A DNA stretch of 32,000 nucleotides from positions 60,001 to 92,000 of the forward strand of contig JAQVTI010000001.1 of the NCBI GenBank assembly GCA_028700115.1, read 5' to 3'. The DNA is from Candidatus Iainarchaeum sp. (GTDB lineage Archaea > Iainarchaeota > Iainarchaeia > Iainarchaeales > CSSED10-239). Below, in pieces: positions 17,702 through 28,065 of the stretch (positions are counted from its first letter, which is position 1; each line of letters opens with the position of its first letter). The notes below the pieces were generated by a model. It did no database searches. It saw only the letters and a list, made by a program, of their open reading frames with translations, and was not told where the DNA came from. A program made the translations under genes and the position numbers.

Positions 17702-20113
17702 ATGGATTATATAGACTGGATTAGTTCCTTTGCAATATTTATATTAGTTTTAATAACTTTATTTCTAGCTATACCTAATCTTTTACCAAACCTAGATTTC
17801 TCACAAAACAACTTAGTTGCAGAAAATGCAATGTCTGAAATAACCCAAACAATTGATTCTTATAAAATATATTCTGGAGAAGAATATAAACCTTTTTTTA
17901 TAAAAGATGTAAACTCAAGAGCAGATACTCTTTCATATATTGAAAATAATAACACATATGGTGTTTTTTATGAAAATGCAAATGCATATTCTCTTGAGAC
18001 TATAAATGAATCTTATCTAAATAAAGAAATTCTAATTCTAGAAGAAAGCTTTTCAGATAATAATTATACAGATAGCTTAAGTCTGTCTTCTGGAAATATA
18101 GTAATTGAGGAAAATAAATTAAAATTAGAACAAAATAGCGTAATTGAAACAAATGATAATTATTTTAATTTTATATTAAATTTTGAATTTACTGGAAATG
18201 ATATAAATCTAATTACAAACTATCAAGATTCTTCAAACTATATTCTTTTTGAAATTACAAATGAAGAAATTAATATTTATGAAAATAGTTTATCTACTTT
18301 AACTCTTTTAAACACAAAAGAAATAAACTTACAAAATACTTCTAAAGATATAGAAATTATTTCAGAAAAAGAATATGTAAATATAAAAATTGAAGAATTT
18401 GAAGAAAATTATATTTTTAGTTCTGAACTAGAAGAAGGTAAAATAAGATTTATTGGAATTGATAACAATTCTACAATAGATAATATTTCAATTTATAAAA
18501 TACCATATATAAAAACAGAAATGGATGATAGTTTATCTGGATCAAATATAATAAATGAAAAAATATATACACAAAATCTAATTTTAGATTTTAATCTACA
18601 AACAAAACAAGCAAGAGTAATACCTTACCAAGATGATACTGAACTAGTTAATTTAGACTTTAGTTTTGATGAAAACATGTATATCCCAAATCTAAATGGA
18701 AAAATACCTATTTTAGAAAATGAAAGTTATGAAGAAAAATTAATTTTATTTCCAGAAACTAAAGAGTTTTGGATAGATAACACAATGGATATTAATTTTA
18801 ATTTAAATAATTTTAAAACCTCAAATGATTACAATTATGATTTAGAAACAATTGAAACTAGTTATAATAATTTTTATAAATTACCATTTAAAGAATCAAC
18901 AAATAATTATTATTTAGTCTTTAACTCACAGGATTATTATGGAAATAATATAGATTGTAATTATGAAGTTATATCAGACACATTAAATATAAATAGTTGT
19001 GAAGAAAATGGATTTATTAAAGTTAGATATGGCTTAACAACTGAAATTGAAGAAAGCTATACAAATCCTAAAATTATAAAAACAAAAAAAGAAATTATTT
19101 CTCAAGAAAAAATAGATTCTGAAATTCTAGTAAATGATTCTAAATTAGATTACTGGATTGAAAATAATGCAGATGATTCTTATTATATATGGACAAAGGT
19201 TAGTGTTCCTGCAAATCAAACAAAAAAACTAAGACTTACAAAAAATATTGGAAAAAAAGCAAATGGAAATAAAGTTTTTGAAATGTTTGATGATTTTAAT
19301 AAAACTTATTTAGATTTATATACATGGAACACAACAATTACAGATAAAAACACAATAAATAATTTATTAGAAATTTCTGATGAAGATGCATATGTTTTAA
19401 ATAAAAATTACATCTTTGAAGATGGAATAATTGAGTTTAAATCTTTAACTGATTCAAGTAATGCAAAATCAAATTTAACTATAAAAGAAAAAGAATATAC
19501 AAAAATGCACGGTTATTTATTAAAATACACAACTGGTGGGGATTTTTTAAGAATAACTTATAGAAATCCATTTACATACGACACAATTGAAGAATATACT
19601 TATAATTTTACAGAAAATATAAATTATAATCTTAGATTAGATATAATAGATAATAATTATACAGGATATATAAATAATACACAAGCTCTATCAGGACAAG
19701 ATACAACATATAAAAAAGGTTTAATTGGTTTTAATACACAAGAACTAAATAGTGGGTCATACTTTTATGATTATATATTTGTTAGAAAATATATAGATAC
19801 AGAGCCTACAATAGAAGTTACAGATAAAGATATTTATTATGAAATTACAATTACAAACAACTCAGAAGAAAATTTAGAAAATTATCAAATTAAAATACCA
19901 AACACAACAATTGGAGTAACTTCTAAAACAGATTATCTAGAAATTACACCAATTGGTGAAGAATATAATTTTAAAATTTATAAAAATAATAAATTAGTTA
20001 CAGAAAAAGGTAACTTTAGAAAAAACACATCTAAAATATATGAAAACTATTTTAATTTTTTAAATAAAAATGGTAAAAATGAAATTATTAAAATTAATAT
20101 AAAAGAAAACTAA
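17702..20113 (+). CDS. Large membrane-anchored surface protein with DUF2341-like/concanavalin-like region (803 aa)
   Basis: N-terminal hydrophobic anchor WISSFAIFILVLITLFLAIPNLLPNL; DUF2341-like YYIWTKVSVPANQTKKLRLTKNIGKKANGNKVFEMFDDFN followed by a LamG-like region LIGFNTQELNSGSYFYDYIFVRKY. Confidence 0.65.
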   Translation: MDYIDWISSFAIFILVLITLFLAIPNLLPNLDFSQNNLVAENAMSEITQTIDSYKIYSGEEYKPFFIKDVNSRADTLSYIENNNTYGVFYENANAYSLETINESYLNKEILILEESFSDNNYTDSLSLSSGNIVIEENKLKLEQNSVIETNDNYFNFILNFEFTGNDINLITNYQDSSNYILFEITNEEINIYENSLSTLTLLNTKEINLQNTSKDIEIISEKEYVNIKIEEFEENYIFSSELEEGKIRFIGIDNNSTIDNISIYKIPYIKTEMDDSLSGSNIINEKIYTQNLILDFNLQTKQARVIPYQDDTELVNLDFSFDENMYIPNLNGKIPILENESYEEKLILFPETKEFWIDNTMDINFNLNNFKTSNDYNYDLETIETSYNNFYKLPFKESTNNYYLVFNSQDYYGNNIDCNYEVISDTLNINSCEENGFIKVRYGLTTEIEESYTNPKIIKTKKEIISQEKIDSEILVNDSKLDYWIENNADDSYYIWTKVSVPANQTKKLRLTKNIGKKANGNKVFEMFDDFNKTYLDLYTWNTTITDKNTINNLLEISDEDAYVLNKNYIFEDGIIEFKSLTDSSNAKSNLTIKEKEYTKMHGYLLKYTTGGDFLRITYRNPFTYDTIEEYTYNFTENINYNLRLDIIDNNYTGYINNTQALSGQDTTYKKGLIGFNTQELNSGSYFYDYIFVRKYIDTEPTIEVTDKDIYYEITITNNSEENLENYQIKIPNTTIGVTSKTDYLEITPIGEEYNFKIYKNNKLVTEKGNFRKNTSKIYENYFNFLNKNGKNEIIKINIKEN

Positions 20114-20143
20114 ATTAAAGTTTTTATAAAAATTTTAAAAAAC

Positions 20144-20308
20144 TTATAAAAAAGATTTTAAAATTAAAATAAAAACTACAAAAACAATAGAAATAATAAT
20201 TACTGCTTCAGGAGAAATCTTTGGACCTGCTGCAGAATCATTAAATTTCATTATCCCAATTGCTGAACTTGGACCTTGTGAATTACTTTTTGTTTGTTTT
20301 AATTTCAT
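20144..20308 (-). CDS. secG: Preprotein translocase subunit Sec61 beta (SecG-like), 54 aa (not in ORF track)
   Basis: Hand translation: MKLKQTKSNSQGPSSAIGIMKFNDSAAGPKISPEAVIIISIVFVVFILILKSFL*; matches archaeal Sec61-beta layout (GxMxFxD...GxKISPxxVxxxxxxF); AGGAG SD-like sequence upstream. Confidence 0.88.
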   Translation of the reverse strand: MKLKQTKSNSQGPSSAIGIMKFNDSAAGPKISPEAVIIISIVFVVFILILKSFL

Positions 20309-20435
20309 AAAAAAACTCCTAAATATAAATTATTTATAACTTTTAAAAACAAGTCTAAAATATATATGAATGAAAATTATTAAATACCTTTTCTTCTTAT
20401 ATAGATATATAAAAATATAAAAAAGGAATAAATAT

Positions 20436-21413
20436 ATGGATAAAAAGAAAAAAAAACTATTTTATAAAATATTTTCTGTAATTATATTAATAATTATATT
20501 ACTTATACTTCTTGTGTGGACAGGAAATATAAGATGCAGTAAAATTCCAGGAATGTGTTCTATTTATTGGGGGACCCAAAGTTTAATTTCTGGAAAACAA
20601 CAACCATCTATTATGATTATACATGATCCTTTTCAAAAAGAAGGAATGGGAAATCCATATCTTTTACAAAAATATCTTAAAGAAGGAACAAATAGTAGAA
20701 TAAATTCAACTTTAGAAAATATTAATTATATAAGTCAAGATAAACTTAAAGGGGTTAGTCTTATAATAGTTGATAAAGCAAAAAAAATATCTACAAATCA
20801 ACTAGAAATGTTTATTGATTATATCTCAAAAGGAGGTAGGCTTATTTGGATAGGAGATAGTGGAACTGAAAAAGATATAAATGATAAATTTTTAACAAAA
20901 GGAGATTTAGAAGCAAGCTTTGATAAAAATATTATAAATCCATGGGCTAGATTAAATTCAGAAAATTATATGATTAGATTTGATGACATCTTAGGAGTAG
21001 AATATATTTCTAATTATTGTGATATTAAAAAATGTAGTAAAAAAACATATGAAATAATACAAGGTCAAAAAACAGAATATTTCTCTCCAGAACAATATAA
21101 TGGAAATTTAATACCTACAAAAAATCATCCATTAACATATGCATTAAATGATTATTTAAAAATTAAAGATGATTTTTCTATAGTTACAGTAAAAGGATCA
21201 AAAATAATTCCATTAAAACTAGATTATGGATCAAATATTTATGCAAATTCAACACAAGAAATTGGGGATCAAAGCATTTTTCCTTTAATAGTTGTTAGTA
21301 ATTCAAACAGAGTAGCATACTATTCAATACCTCCAGAGTATTTTGTTGAAAATGAAGATAAAGAAAAATATACTTCAATTATTGAAAACATAATAGATGG
21401 GATGTTAAAATGA
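20436..21413 (+). CDS. Membrane-anchored protein with GATase-like (DUF4350/GldG-like) extracytoplasmic region
   Basis: N-terminal TM (FYKIFSVIILIIILLILLVWTG), KLKGVSLIIVDKAKKISTNQLEMFIDYISKGGRLIWIGDSGTE. Confidence 0.55.
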   Translation: MDKKKKKLFYKIFSVIILIIILLILLVWTGNIRCSKIPGMCSIYWGTQSLISGKQQPSIMIIHDPFQKEGMGNPYLLQKYLKEGTNSRINSTLENINYISQDKLKGVSLIIVDKAKKISTNQLEMFIDYISKGGRLIWIGDSGTEKDINDKFLTKGDLEASFDKNIINPWARLNSENYMIRFDDILGVEYISNYCDIKKCSKKTYEIIQGQKTEYFSPEQYNGNLIPTKNHPLTYALNDYLKIKDDFSIVTVKGSKIIPLKLDYGSNIYANSTQEIGDQSIFPLIVVSNSNRVAYYSIPPEYFVENEDKEKYTSIIENIIDGMLK

Positions 21414-21778
21414 TAAAAACCTTAGAAGCAGTTATTGCAATAACTATTCTATTATTATTTTTTTTAACAATATCACAAACAATTGACTTCTCAAAAACAA
21501 AAACAAATACACTAGAAAAAAATATATCTAAATATGTACAAATAAATGCAGAAAAAGATGAATTTAGACAATTAATAGAATCTAAAAATTCTGAAGAAAT
21601 ATATAATACTATATTTAAAAATATAGAAAATAATTATTCTGTTAGTGTTTGTGACTTTTTAAATAATGATTGTAATTCTTATAATATCATAGATCAAAAT
21701 GGATTTACAATAAAATATATAGATTACTATTTTTATGATATTAATAAAGTTCTAAATATAGGTGTGTGGATCAAATGA
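21410..21778 (+). CDS. Small pilin-like/membrane-anchored protein (122 aa)
   Basis: MIKTLEAVIAITILLLFFLTISQT hydrophobic N-helix with Glu near its start, then polar ectodomain; 4-nt overlap upstream. Confidence 0.5.
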   Translation: MIKTLEAVIAITILLLFFLTISQTIDFSKTKTNTLEKNISKYVQINAEKDEFRQLIESKNSEEIYNTIFKNIENNYSVSVCDFLNNDCNSYNIIDQNGFTIKYIDYYFYDINKVLNIGVWIK

Positions 21779-22227
21779 AAGAAAATGGATTTGCATATAT
21801 ATTTGTTGCAGTTATAATAATAATGTTAATTACAGCTATGCTTTTATTAGAAAAACCAATATATATTAAAGAATATAAAATAAATCATTTAATTGAAAAT
21901 TATAAATCTGAAATTACTTATTTTTTAGAAAATGATTTTAATGAAGAAGATTTAAATAATTTTAATTATAATTTTTATAATTTTATAAAATCTCATAACT
22001 ATAAAATAAAATTATGTACTATAATTAATTCAGACAAAATTTATCTTAGTAATTATCTAGGAGAAGAAGACATACAAATAGGTAATAAAAATACAATTTC
22101 TTTAGCAAAACAAGAAAAAGACTACAATATATTAAATAAATGTGATTTAGATTATAATTCATATCAAAATATAAGTTACTATATTGAAATATATAATACT
22201 GAAGAAAAAATTATTGAAAAAAATTAG
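21766..22227 (+). CDS. Small pilin-like/membrane-anchored protein (153 aa)
   Basis: KENGFAYIFVAVIIIMLITAMLLL N-helix plus polar ectodomain; overlaps preceding gene by 13 nt. Confidence 0.5.
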   Translation: MDQMKENGFAYIFVAVIIIMLITAMLLLEKPIYIKEYKINHLIENYKSEITYFLENDFNEEDLNNFNYNFYNFIKSHNYKIKLCTIINSDKIYLSNYLGEEDIQIGNKNTISLAKQEKDYNILNKCDLDYNSYQNISYYIEIYNTEEKIIEKN

Positions 22228-22308
22228 TGTTAAATAAAAGATAAGTTTATAAAGAAAATGATATATATTTATTTTATAATATTATATAATATATTAAAGG
22301 TGAATGTA

Positions 22309-22659
22309 ATGACAGAAACAATAGAAATAATAAATATAATAGAACAAAAAAGTAATGAAATTACAGCAAAATTAGAAATATTAAGAACATTAGAAGAACA
22401 AAAAATAGGAATAGATGAAGATATTAAAAAAGCAAAAGATAAACTAAAAAATGAAGATATAAATAAATTTACATATGGAAAAATGCAAGAAATAAATCAA
22501 AAAAATCTAGAAGAAAATACAAATGAAAGAAAAAAAATATGGAATGAAATTGCAGATCATATAAATATGATAAGTGATAGATTAAATATTTTAAAAGAAA
22601 ACTATAATAAAAAAGCAGAAATTCAAGATACACCAAAGATTGTAGAAGAAAAAAAATAA
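22309..22659 (+). CDS. Small coiled-coil protein (start trimmed from 22258)
   Basis: MTETIEIINIIEQKSNEITAKLEILRTLEEQ...; ATG at 22309 preceded by AAAGGTGA; TATA-like TTTATAAA near 22243. Confidence 0.65.
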   Translation: MTETIEIINIIEQKSNEITAKLEILRTLEEQKIGIDEDIKKAKDKLKNEDINKFTYGKMQEINQKNLEENTNERKKIWNEIADHINMISDRLNILKENYNKKAEIQDTPKIVEEKK

Positions 22660-22692
22660 ATCTCGAAATAAAAGGGCATGCAAAGATGAAAT

Positions 22693-24654
22693 ATGAATTT
22701 TCCTTTAAAAAAAGATCTAAAAATCTTAAATGAAACTATAAAAAAATTGAAAGATCTAGAGATATCTAGAAATTCTTTAGATCAAGAAACTTTTTCTAAA
22801 CTTATAGAAAATAAAATTTCTATAAAAGAATATCTTGAAAAAACAAAAAATATAAGTTCAAATTCTAAAAAAATAGATCAAAAAGCAAAAGATTTATTTA
22901 TAGAATATAATAACATATTTTCAAAAATAATTACATATATGGGATATAAAAAAACAAAAAAATATATACTTAAACAAAAAAATTTCTTTGAAAAAGTATT
23001 TAAGAAAAAAGAAAATCCTATAATTAAAGAAAAAAATAAAATAGAAAATATTAAAAAAATTGAAAAACCAAAAAGAAAAAAAAATATATTTTCAAATTTA
23101 TTTAAGAAAAAAATAGAAATTATTGGAGTTAATACAATTGAAAAACCAGAACCTATTTTTGAAGTCCCAAAAGAACTTCTTCCTGAAAATTATCAGGTTT
23201 TAATAAAAGGATTTTCATATGCCTTTGTAAATGAAGAAAATGGAGATAAAGTTTATTTTGTTGCAGAACCAGAATTAAATAAAAAAGAAGTTGAAATTCT
23301 AGAACAAACTAAAAATGAACTAATAAATAAAATTTCAATTACAGATTTAAATAATGAAAGTCAAATGTATACTTTAATAGATAAAATATTTAAAAAAAAT
23401 AATATTTCTTTAGAAAAAGTAACAAAAGATAAAATTGTATATTATATTATTAGACAAGTAAGTGGGCTTGATAGAATAGAACCTTTAATGCATGATAATT
23501 TAATTGAAGATATTGAATGTAATGGAATGAATTCTCCAATATATATAGTTCATAGAAAATATGGACATATTGTTACAAACATAATGTTTCATACTGAAAA
23601 AGAACTTCAAGACTTTATTATTAAAATGGCACATTTAAGTAAAAGTTATGTTTCATATGCATCACCTTTATTAGATTCTATACTTCCAGATGGATCTAGA
23701 GTAAATGCAACATTAACATCAAATGTATCTACTAGAGGACCAACTTTTACAATTAGAAAATTCCCACAAAAGCCATTAACAACAATAGATCTTGTAAAAA
23801 GCAAAACTATTACTTCAACAATTGTAGCATATCTTTGGACATTAATAGAATTTAAAAAAAATATTATATTAATAGGACCTACTGCTGGTGGAAAAACAAC
23901 TCTTTTAAATGTTATCTCATCATTTATTCCATCTGCTCAAAGAGTTGTATCAATAGAAGACACAAGAGAAATTAATCTTTTAATGGATAATTGGATACCA
24001 CAAGTTACAAGACCTGGATTTGGACCACCTGATTCTACTGGAAAAAGATATGGTGAAATAAATATGGAAGATTTATTAAAAGAATCATTCAGACAAAGAC
24101 CAGATTATTTAATAATTGGTGAAGTAAGAGGAGTAGAAATGGCTCTTATGTTTCAAGGAATGGCATCTGGACATAGTTCTTTATCAACAGTTCACTCAAA
24201 AAGTTTAGAATCTTTAATTATAAGACTTACAACACCCCCAATTTCGTTAGACCCATCATTAATTACAAGCTTAGATGCAGTAATTATTACAGGATTTACA
24301 GGAACAGGAAATCTTATAAAAAGAGAAGTTAAAGAAATTGACGAGGTTAGAAATTATAATACAATTACAAAAAAAGTAGAATATAATATATTATATAAAT
24401 CAAGCCAAGAATATAAAGATAACACTATGACTGGAAAAAGTGATCTTTTTACAAAAGATATACCATTAATATATAATAGTGATCTTATAAAAGAAATTGC
24501 AGAAGAACACAATCTAAAAAGAGAAACAATATATCAATTAGTTGTAAAAAGAAAAGAATTTATTGAAAGCTTAATCCCAAATCCTCCAAAAGATTATATA
24601 GAATTTAAAAAAATAATTAATAACTATAAAAAAACAGAAAATGTTGACATATAA
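22693..24654 (+). CDS. Type II/IV secretion system ATPase, VirB11/FlaI/TadA-like
   Basis: Walker A GPTAGGKTTLLN, VSIEDTREI, Walker-B region RPDYLIIGEVRG, GHSSLSTVHS; long basic N-terminal extension before the core. Confidence 0.92.
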   Translation: MNFPLKKDLKILNETIKKLKDLEISRNSLDQETFSKLIENKISIKEYLEKTKNISSNSKKIDQKAKDLFIEYNNIFSKIITYMGYKKTKKYILKQKNFFEKVFKKKENPIIKEKNKIENIKKIEKPKRKKNIFSNLFKKKIEIIGVNTIEKPEPIFEVPKELLPENYQVLIKGFSYAFVNEENGDKVYFVAEPELNKKEVEILEQTKNELINKISITDLNNESQMYTLIDKIFKKNNISLEKVTKDKIVYYIIRQVSGLDRIEPLMHDNLIEDIECNGMNSPIYIVHRKYGHIVTNIMFHTEKELQDFIIKMAHLSKSYVSYASPLLDSILPDGSRVNATLTSNVSTRGPTFTIRKFPQKPLTTIDLVKSKTITSTIVAYLWTLIEFKKNIILIGPTAGGKTTLLNVISSFIPSAQRVVSIEDTREINLLMDNWIPQVTRPGFGPPDSTGKRYGEINMEDLLKESFRQRPDYLIIGEVRGVEMALMFQGMASGHSSLSTVHSKSLESLIIRLTTPPISLDPSLITSLDAVIITGFTGTGNLIKREVKEIDEVRNYNTITKKVEYNILYKSSQEYKDNTMTGKSDLFTKDIPLIYNSDLIKEIAEEHNLKRETIYQLVVKRKEFIESLIPNPPKDYIEFKKIINNYKKTENVDI

Positions 24655-24693
24655 CTTAAATAATTTTTTTAAAAAAATAATTTTTATAAAAAA

Positions 24694-26058
24694 TTAAAAA
24701 TTATCAAAAGGATTGTCTAAATCTTCATCTTTAAAAGAATTAATCTCTTTTTTTCTCTTATATTTAGAATTATATTTCTTAGAACCTTTATTTTTTAGTT
24801 TAAAAATAATTATAACTGTTATTAATAATACTACAAAAACACCAATAGTAAGATAATAATTTGTATAATCTACAACATATTCATCTGTAATTAGACCCTC
24901 AGATAGAATGTTTTCTGCAAGGTCTTTAACAATCTTTATATCTGATACAACTTCACTAGAATAATTGTCACTATCTATATTAGAAATAATTTCAGAATAT
25001 CTTTTTTGAAGGTCTAAAACATCTTTTTGATTATTCCAATAAGATTTATAATTTGAATTAAGAATAAATAAAATAACAGAATCTAAATTATTATATTCAG
25101 AAAAATCAGAATCAAAAGTATAAAGTAATTTATTAATTTCTACAAAATCAATTCTAGACTTAAAATTATCAATAAACAAAGAAAGATTATTTTCCCCAGT
25201 AACATTTACAGAAGTTATTAAAATTTTATTATAAAAAGAATATGTTGAAGACAAACTATCATAAATAGTATTAACTTGAGAATTAAGATTTGCTGGTACA
25301 GAAACAAAATTAATTAATGTACTTTTATCAGAATCTATTATTTCAGAAGAAGAAATAATTTCTTTAGTAGAATCTTCACAAGAAGCAATAAAATCTAAAG
25401 TAAAATTTGTAATTTTATCATAATCTTTAAAAGTTGGAGATATATTTGATAAAATTAAGTCTGTTTTATTACATGATGGAGAATATAAAAAATCAGTTTG
25501 TATTTTATATAAACTATCAAGATCATCTTTTAAACTTTTAAGATAAGAAATCAATAGATTTATTTTATTTTTAGAAATAGTTACAGCTTCTTTAACATCA
25601 TATGGATATGTTTCAGAAGCAATTACTCCTTCTAATCTTGATTTTTTAGAATTTAAAATATTAATTATATTAGAAATATTATCAATTAATTGTTTAGATA
25701 AATAATTACTAGAATCAGAATAAGACAAAGATTTTAAAACATAAGCAGATTTAATTAATTTTAACTCATCAGATTTATTTTTAGGAAAAAAAACATCTCC
25801 AGTTTGTGCAGAAATAGGAACAAAAAAAGAAATATCTCCTAAAGAATTTAAAACAGGAATTACAAAATAAGAATTATCATCACACATTATTGTTTGTTGA
25901 ACATAACTATCTATAATTTCCCCAGATTTTATAAATTTTTTTGCAGTACTTTGAGCATTAAAAAGAGATGCAGAATAAACTGAAAAACTAATAAATATCA
26001 AAATAAAAAATATTAAAAATATTTTTGAAAAATTAAATGAAATTTTTGAAGATAACAT
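24694..26058 (-). CDS. Hypothetical secreted/membrane protein with N- and C-terminal TM (454 aa)
   Basis: Signal-like KIFLIFFILIFISFSVYSA and C-terminal TM YYLTIGVFVVLLITVIIIFKLK followed by a basic tail; helical extracytoplasmic region. Confidence 0.6.
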   Translation of the reverse strand: MLSSKISFNFSKIFLIFFILIFISFSVYSASLFNAQSTAKKFIKSGEIIDSYVQQTIMCDDNSYFVIPVLNSLGDISFFVPISAQTGDVFFPKNKSDELKLIKSAYVLKSLSYSDSSNYLSKQLIDNISNIINILNSKKSRLEGVIASETYPYDVKEAVTISKNKINLLISYLKSLKDDLDSLYKIQTDFLYSPSCNKTDLILSNISPTFKDYDKITNFTLDFIASCEDSTKEIISSSEIIDSDKSTLINFVSVPANLNSQVNTIYDSLSSTYSFYNKILITSVNVTGENNLSLFIDNFKSRIDFVEINKLLYTFDSDFSEYNNLDSVILFILNSNYKSYWNNQKDVLDLQKRYSEIISNIDSDNYSSEVVSDIKIVKDLAENILSEGLITDEYVVDYTNYYLTIGVFVVLLITVIIIFKLKNKGSKKYNSKYKRKKEINSFKDEDLDNPFDNF

Positions 26059-26156
26059 AAAAATAATTCACCCAAAACTTATTTTAAATATATCTTTTTT
26101 TTAAAAAATTTTAAAATCTAAAAATATTCTTTTAAAAAATATATTAAATATCAAAA

Positions 26157-27113
26157 TTATAAATTTTTATAAAATAATTTATAAAATATAAAACAATATA
26201 ATAACCCAACAGAAGAAAATAAAATAATAAATAATAAATTTATAAAAGATGCAAATAAAATTGCAAAAACTATTGCAAAATTATTTTTCACTAAATCCAT
26301 AAAAGGCATACTATCAATTGCCTCTAATAAACTAGTCTTAATAGAAACATCATCTAAATTTGCATAAATTTTTTTAAAATCTTTAGAATCATTTGCTGAA
26401 AGAATATTTTTTTCAATATCAGACATATATGAAAGATATTCTTTAACATAAACATCATTTACATATCTTAAAGAATTATATTCATCTGAAGAAGTAATAT
26501 AATTTATAGAAGATAAAGTACTTGCATTTCCTATATTATAAGAAGCATCTAAAAACTTAGAAAAATCATTCCCAACAATTAAATTAACTAAACCAGCTTC
26601 TGACTTTATTGCATATTCATTTTGAGAAGGCATAATTATTATAATACAAATTATAAAAATTATAATTGTAAAAAATAAAGATACTTTTGATAAAGAAAAA
26701 TTACTTATACTTGTAAATTTATCAGACTCCCCAAATTTATTATATGAAAGATACATAATAAATATATGAGCTATTATATAAAGAACAAAAAATAAAATAA
26801 AAACAAAACTTAATGGGAAAACTAAAAAAGAAATTAAAAAACCAAAAAGCATAGAAATTATTGATAAAATAACATTTTCAGAAATATTTGAATTTATTGA
26901 AAATGCAATTATTAATGAAGAAGTTAATGGAAATAATAATATAAACATTAAAAAATTTATTGAAAAAAAGGATGTAAAAATTGGTCCAAGATTTAATGTA
27001 ATTAATTGATTTAAAGAAAAGCCTGATGCTAAATAAAAATATACCCAAAGAATGATTGAAATTGAAATTAAACCAATTTTAAAAAGATTATTTTTAGAAA
27101 ATAACTCACTCAA
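26157..27113 (-). CDS. Polytopic membrane protein (Yip1-like topology), hypothetical
   Basis: Six or so TM segments flanking a soluble loop; 4-nt overlap with map. Confidence 0.55.
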   Translation of the reverse strand: MSELFSKNNLFKIGLISISIILWVYFYLASGFSLNQLITLNLGPIFTSFFSINFLMFILLFPLTSSLIIAFSINSNISENVILSIISMLFGFLISFLVFPLSFVFILFFVLYIIAHIFIMYLSYNKFGESDKFTSISNFSLSKVSLFFTIIIFIICIIIIMPSQNEYAIKSEAGLVNLIVGNDFSKFLDASYNIGNASTLSSINYITSSDEYNSLRYVNDVYVKEYLSYMSDIEKNILSANDSKDFKKIYANLDDVSIKTSLLEAIDSMPFMDLVKNNFAIVFAILFASFINLLFIILFSSVGLLYCFIFYKLFYKNL

Positions 27114-28024
27114 ATATTATCAATCCCTACTAAATCTATTAAACCATCTTTTGTAATTATAAAAGTTGTTTCTGCTTGAGAAACATAACTTCCTTTAATA
27201 TCAACTAAAACTGGATAAGCACCAATTATTTCTGATTTTAATAATTCCCTTAATGCAAATTTTCTTGAAAAAGAAGACATATCTTTTCCTACCCAATATT
27301 CTGAAAAAGGTCTATTTTGAAAACTCTTAATTTCTTCTAGAATTTTTTTTGCATCTTTATTTCTAATAGGTTTATCTTCTAAATATTCAAAAATTAAAAT
27401 TTGAGAACCTTCATTTACAAACCCAGAACCTGTTGTTGCAAATGGTTCTATTGCAAAATTTTCTTTAAAATCTGAAAATTTATAAGAAATATCATTAACA
27501 GTATTAGGAATAGAAGGAGTTGCATGAACTACATTTCTAGAAAGAAAATGACCTGTAAGATTTGAAATTGGTTTAAAACCATAAGATTTTATTGTTTCTT
27601 GAACAATTTTACCAATATCTTTTATTTTTGCAGACTTATAATTTTCTTCTAAAAATGTTTTTGAATTAGAAAGTGCTTTTGTAGTAGATTCTTTTAATTT
27701 TTCATGTTTTTTATTAAAAATAATAGTTTGTGATGAATCAGTAATATATCCATCTAAACTAACACCTAAATCCACTTTTAAAACATCATCTTCTTTTAAA
27801 ATAATTTCTTTTTCAAGATCATAAGAACTATGAGCAGCTTGATTATTTAAAGATAAGTTTACTGGCCAAGCTGGAAAAGCTCCTTGTTCAATTATATAAT
27901 CATCGATTTGTTTTCCAAGTTTGCAAATATCTTTACCAGGTTTAAATATTTTTTGTGCAAATTTATGAGATTTAAAACTTATCTCTCCAGATTTTTTTAA
28001 AAGATTAATTTCTTGTTCATTCAC
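27110..28024 (-). CDS. map: Methionine aminopeptidase, type II
   Basis: LKVDLGVSLDGYITDSSQTIIF, LTGHFLSRNVVHATPSIPN, FAIEPFATTGSG, QAETTFIIT metal-ligand motifs. Confidence 0.95.
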   Translation of the reverse strand: MNEQEINLLKKSGEISFKSHKFAQKIFKPGKDICKLGKQIDDYIIEQGAFPAWPVNLSLNNQAAHSSYDLEKEIILKEDDVLKVDLGVSLDGYITDSSQTIIFNKKHEKLKESTTKALSNSKTFLEENYKSAKIKDIGKIVQETIKSYGFKPISNLTGHFLSRNVVHATPSIPNTVNDISYKFSDFKENFAIEPFATTGSGFVNEGSQILIFEYLEDKPIRNKDAKKILEEIKSFQNRPFSEYWVGKDMSSFSRKFALRELLKSEIIGAYPVLVDIKGSYVSQAETTFIITKDGLIDLVGIDNI

Positions 28025-28065
28025 TAATAAACACTTCCTATTTTTTAAATAAATATTTTTTAAAT

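Noticed and set aside
22258-22308. N-terminal extension of the coiled-coil ORF (MIYIYFIILYNILKVNV)
   Set aside because: Lies in promoter-like AT-rich DNA; a strong SD (AAAGGTGA) and ATG at 22309 give a better start.
24655-24693. A/T-rich palindrome between the convergent ATPase and 454-aa genes as a specific regulatory element
   Set aside because: AATTTTTT/AAAAAAATT symmetry is expected by chance at this base composition; at most a T-rich terminator region.
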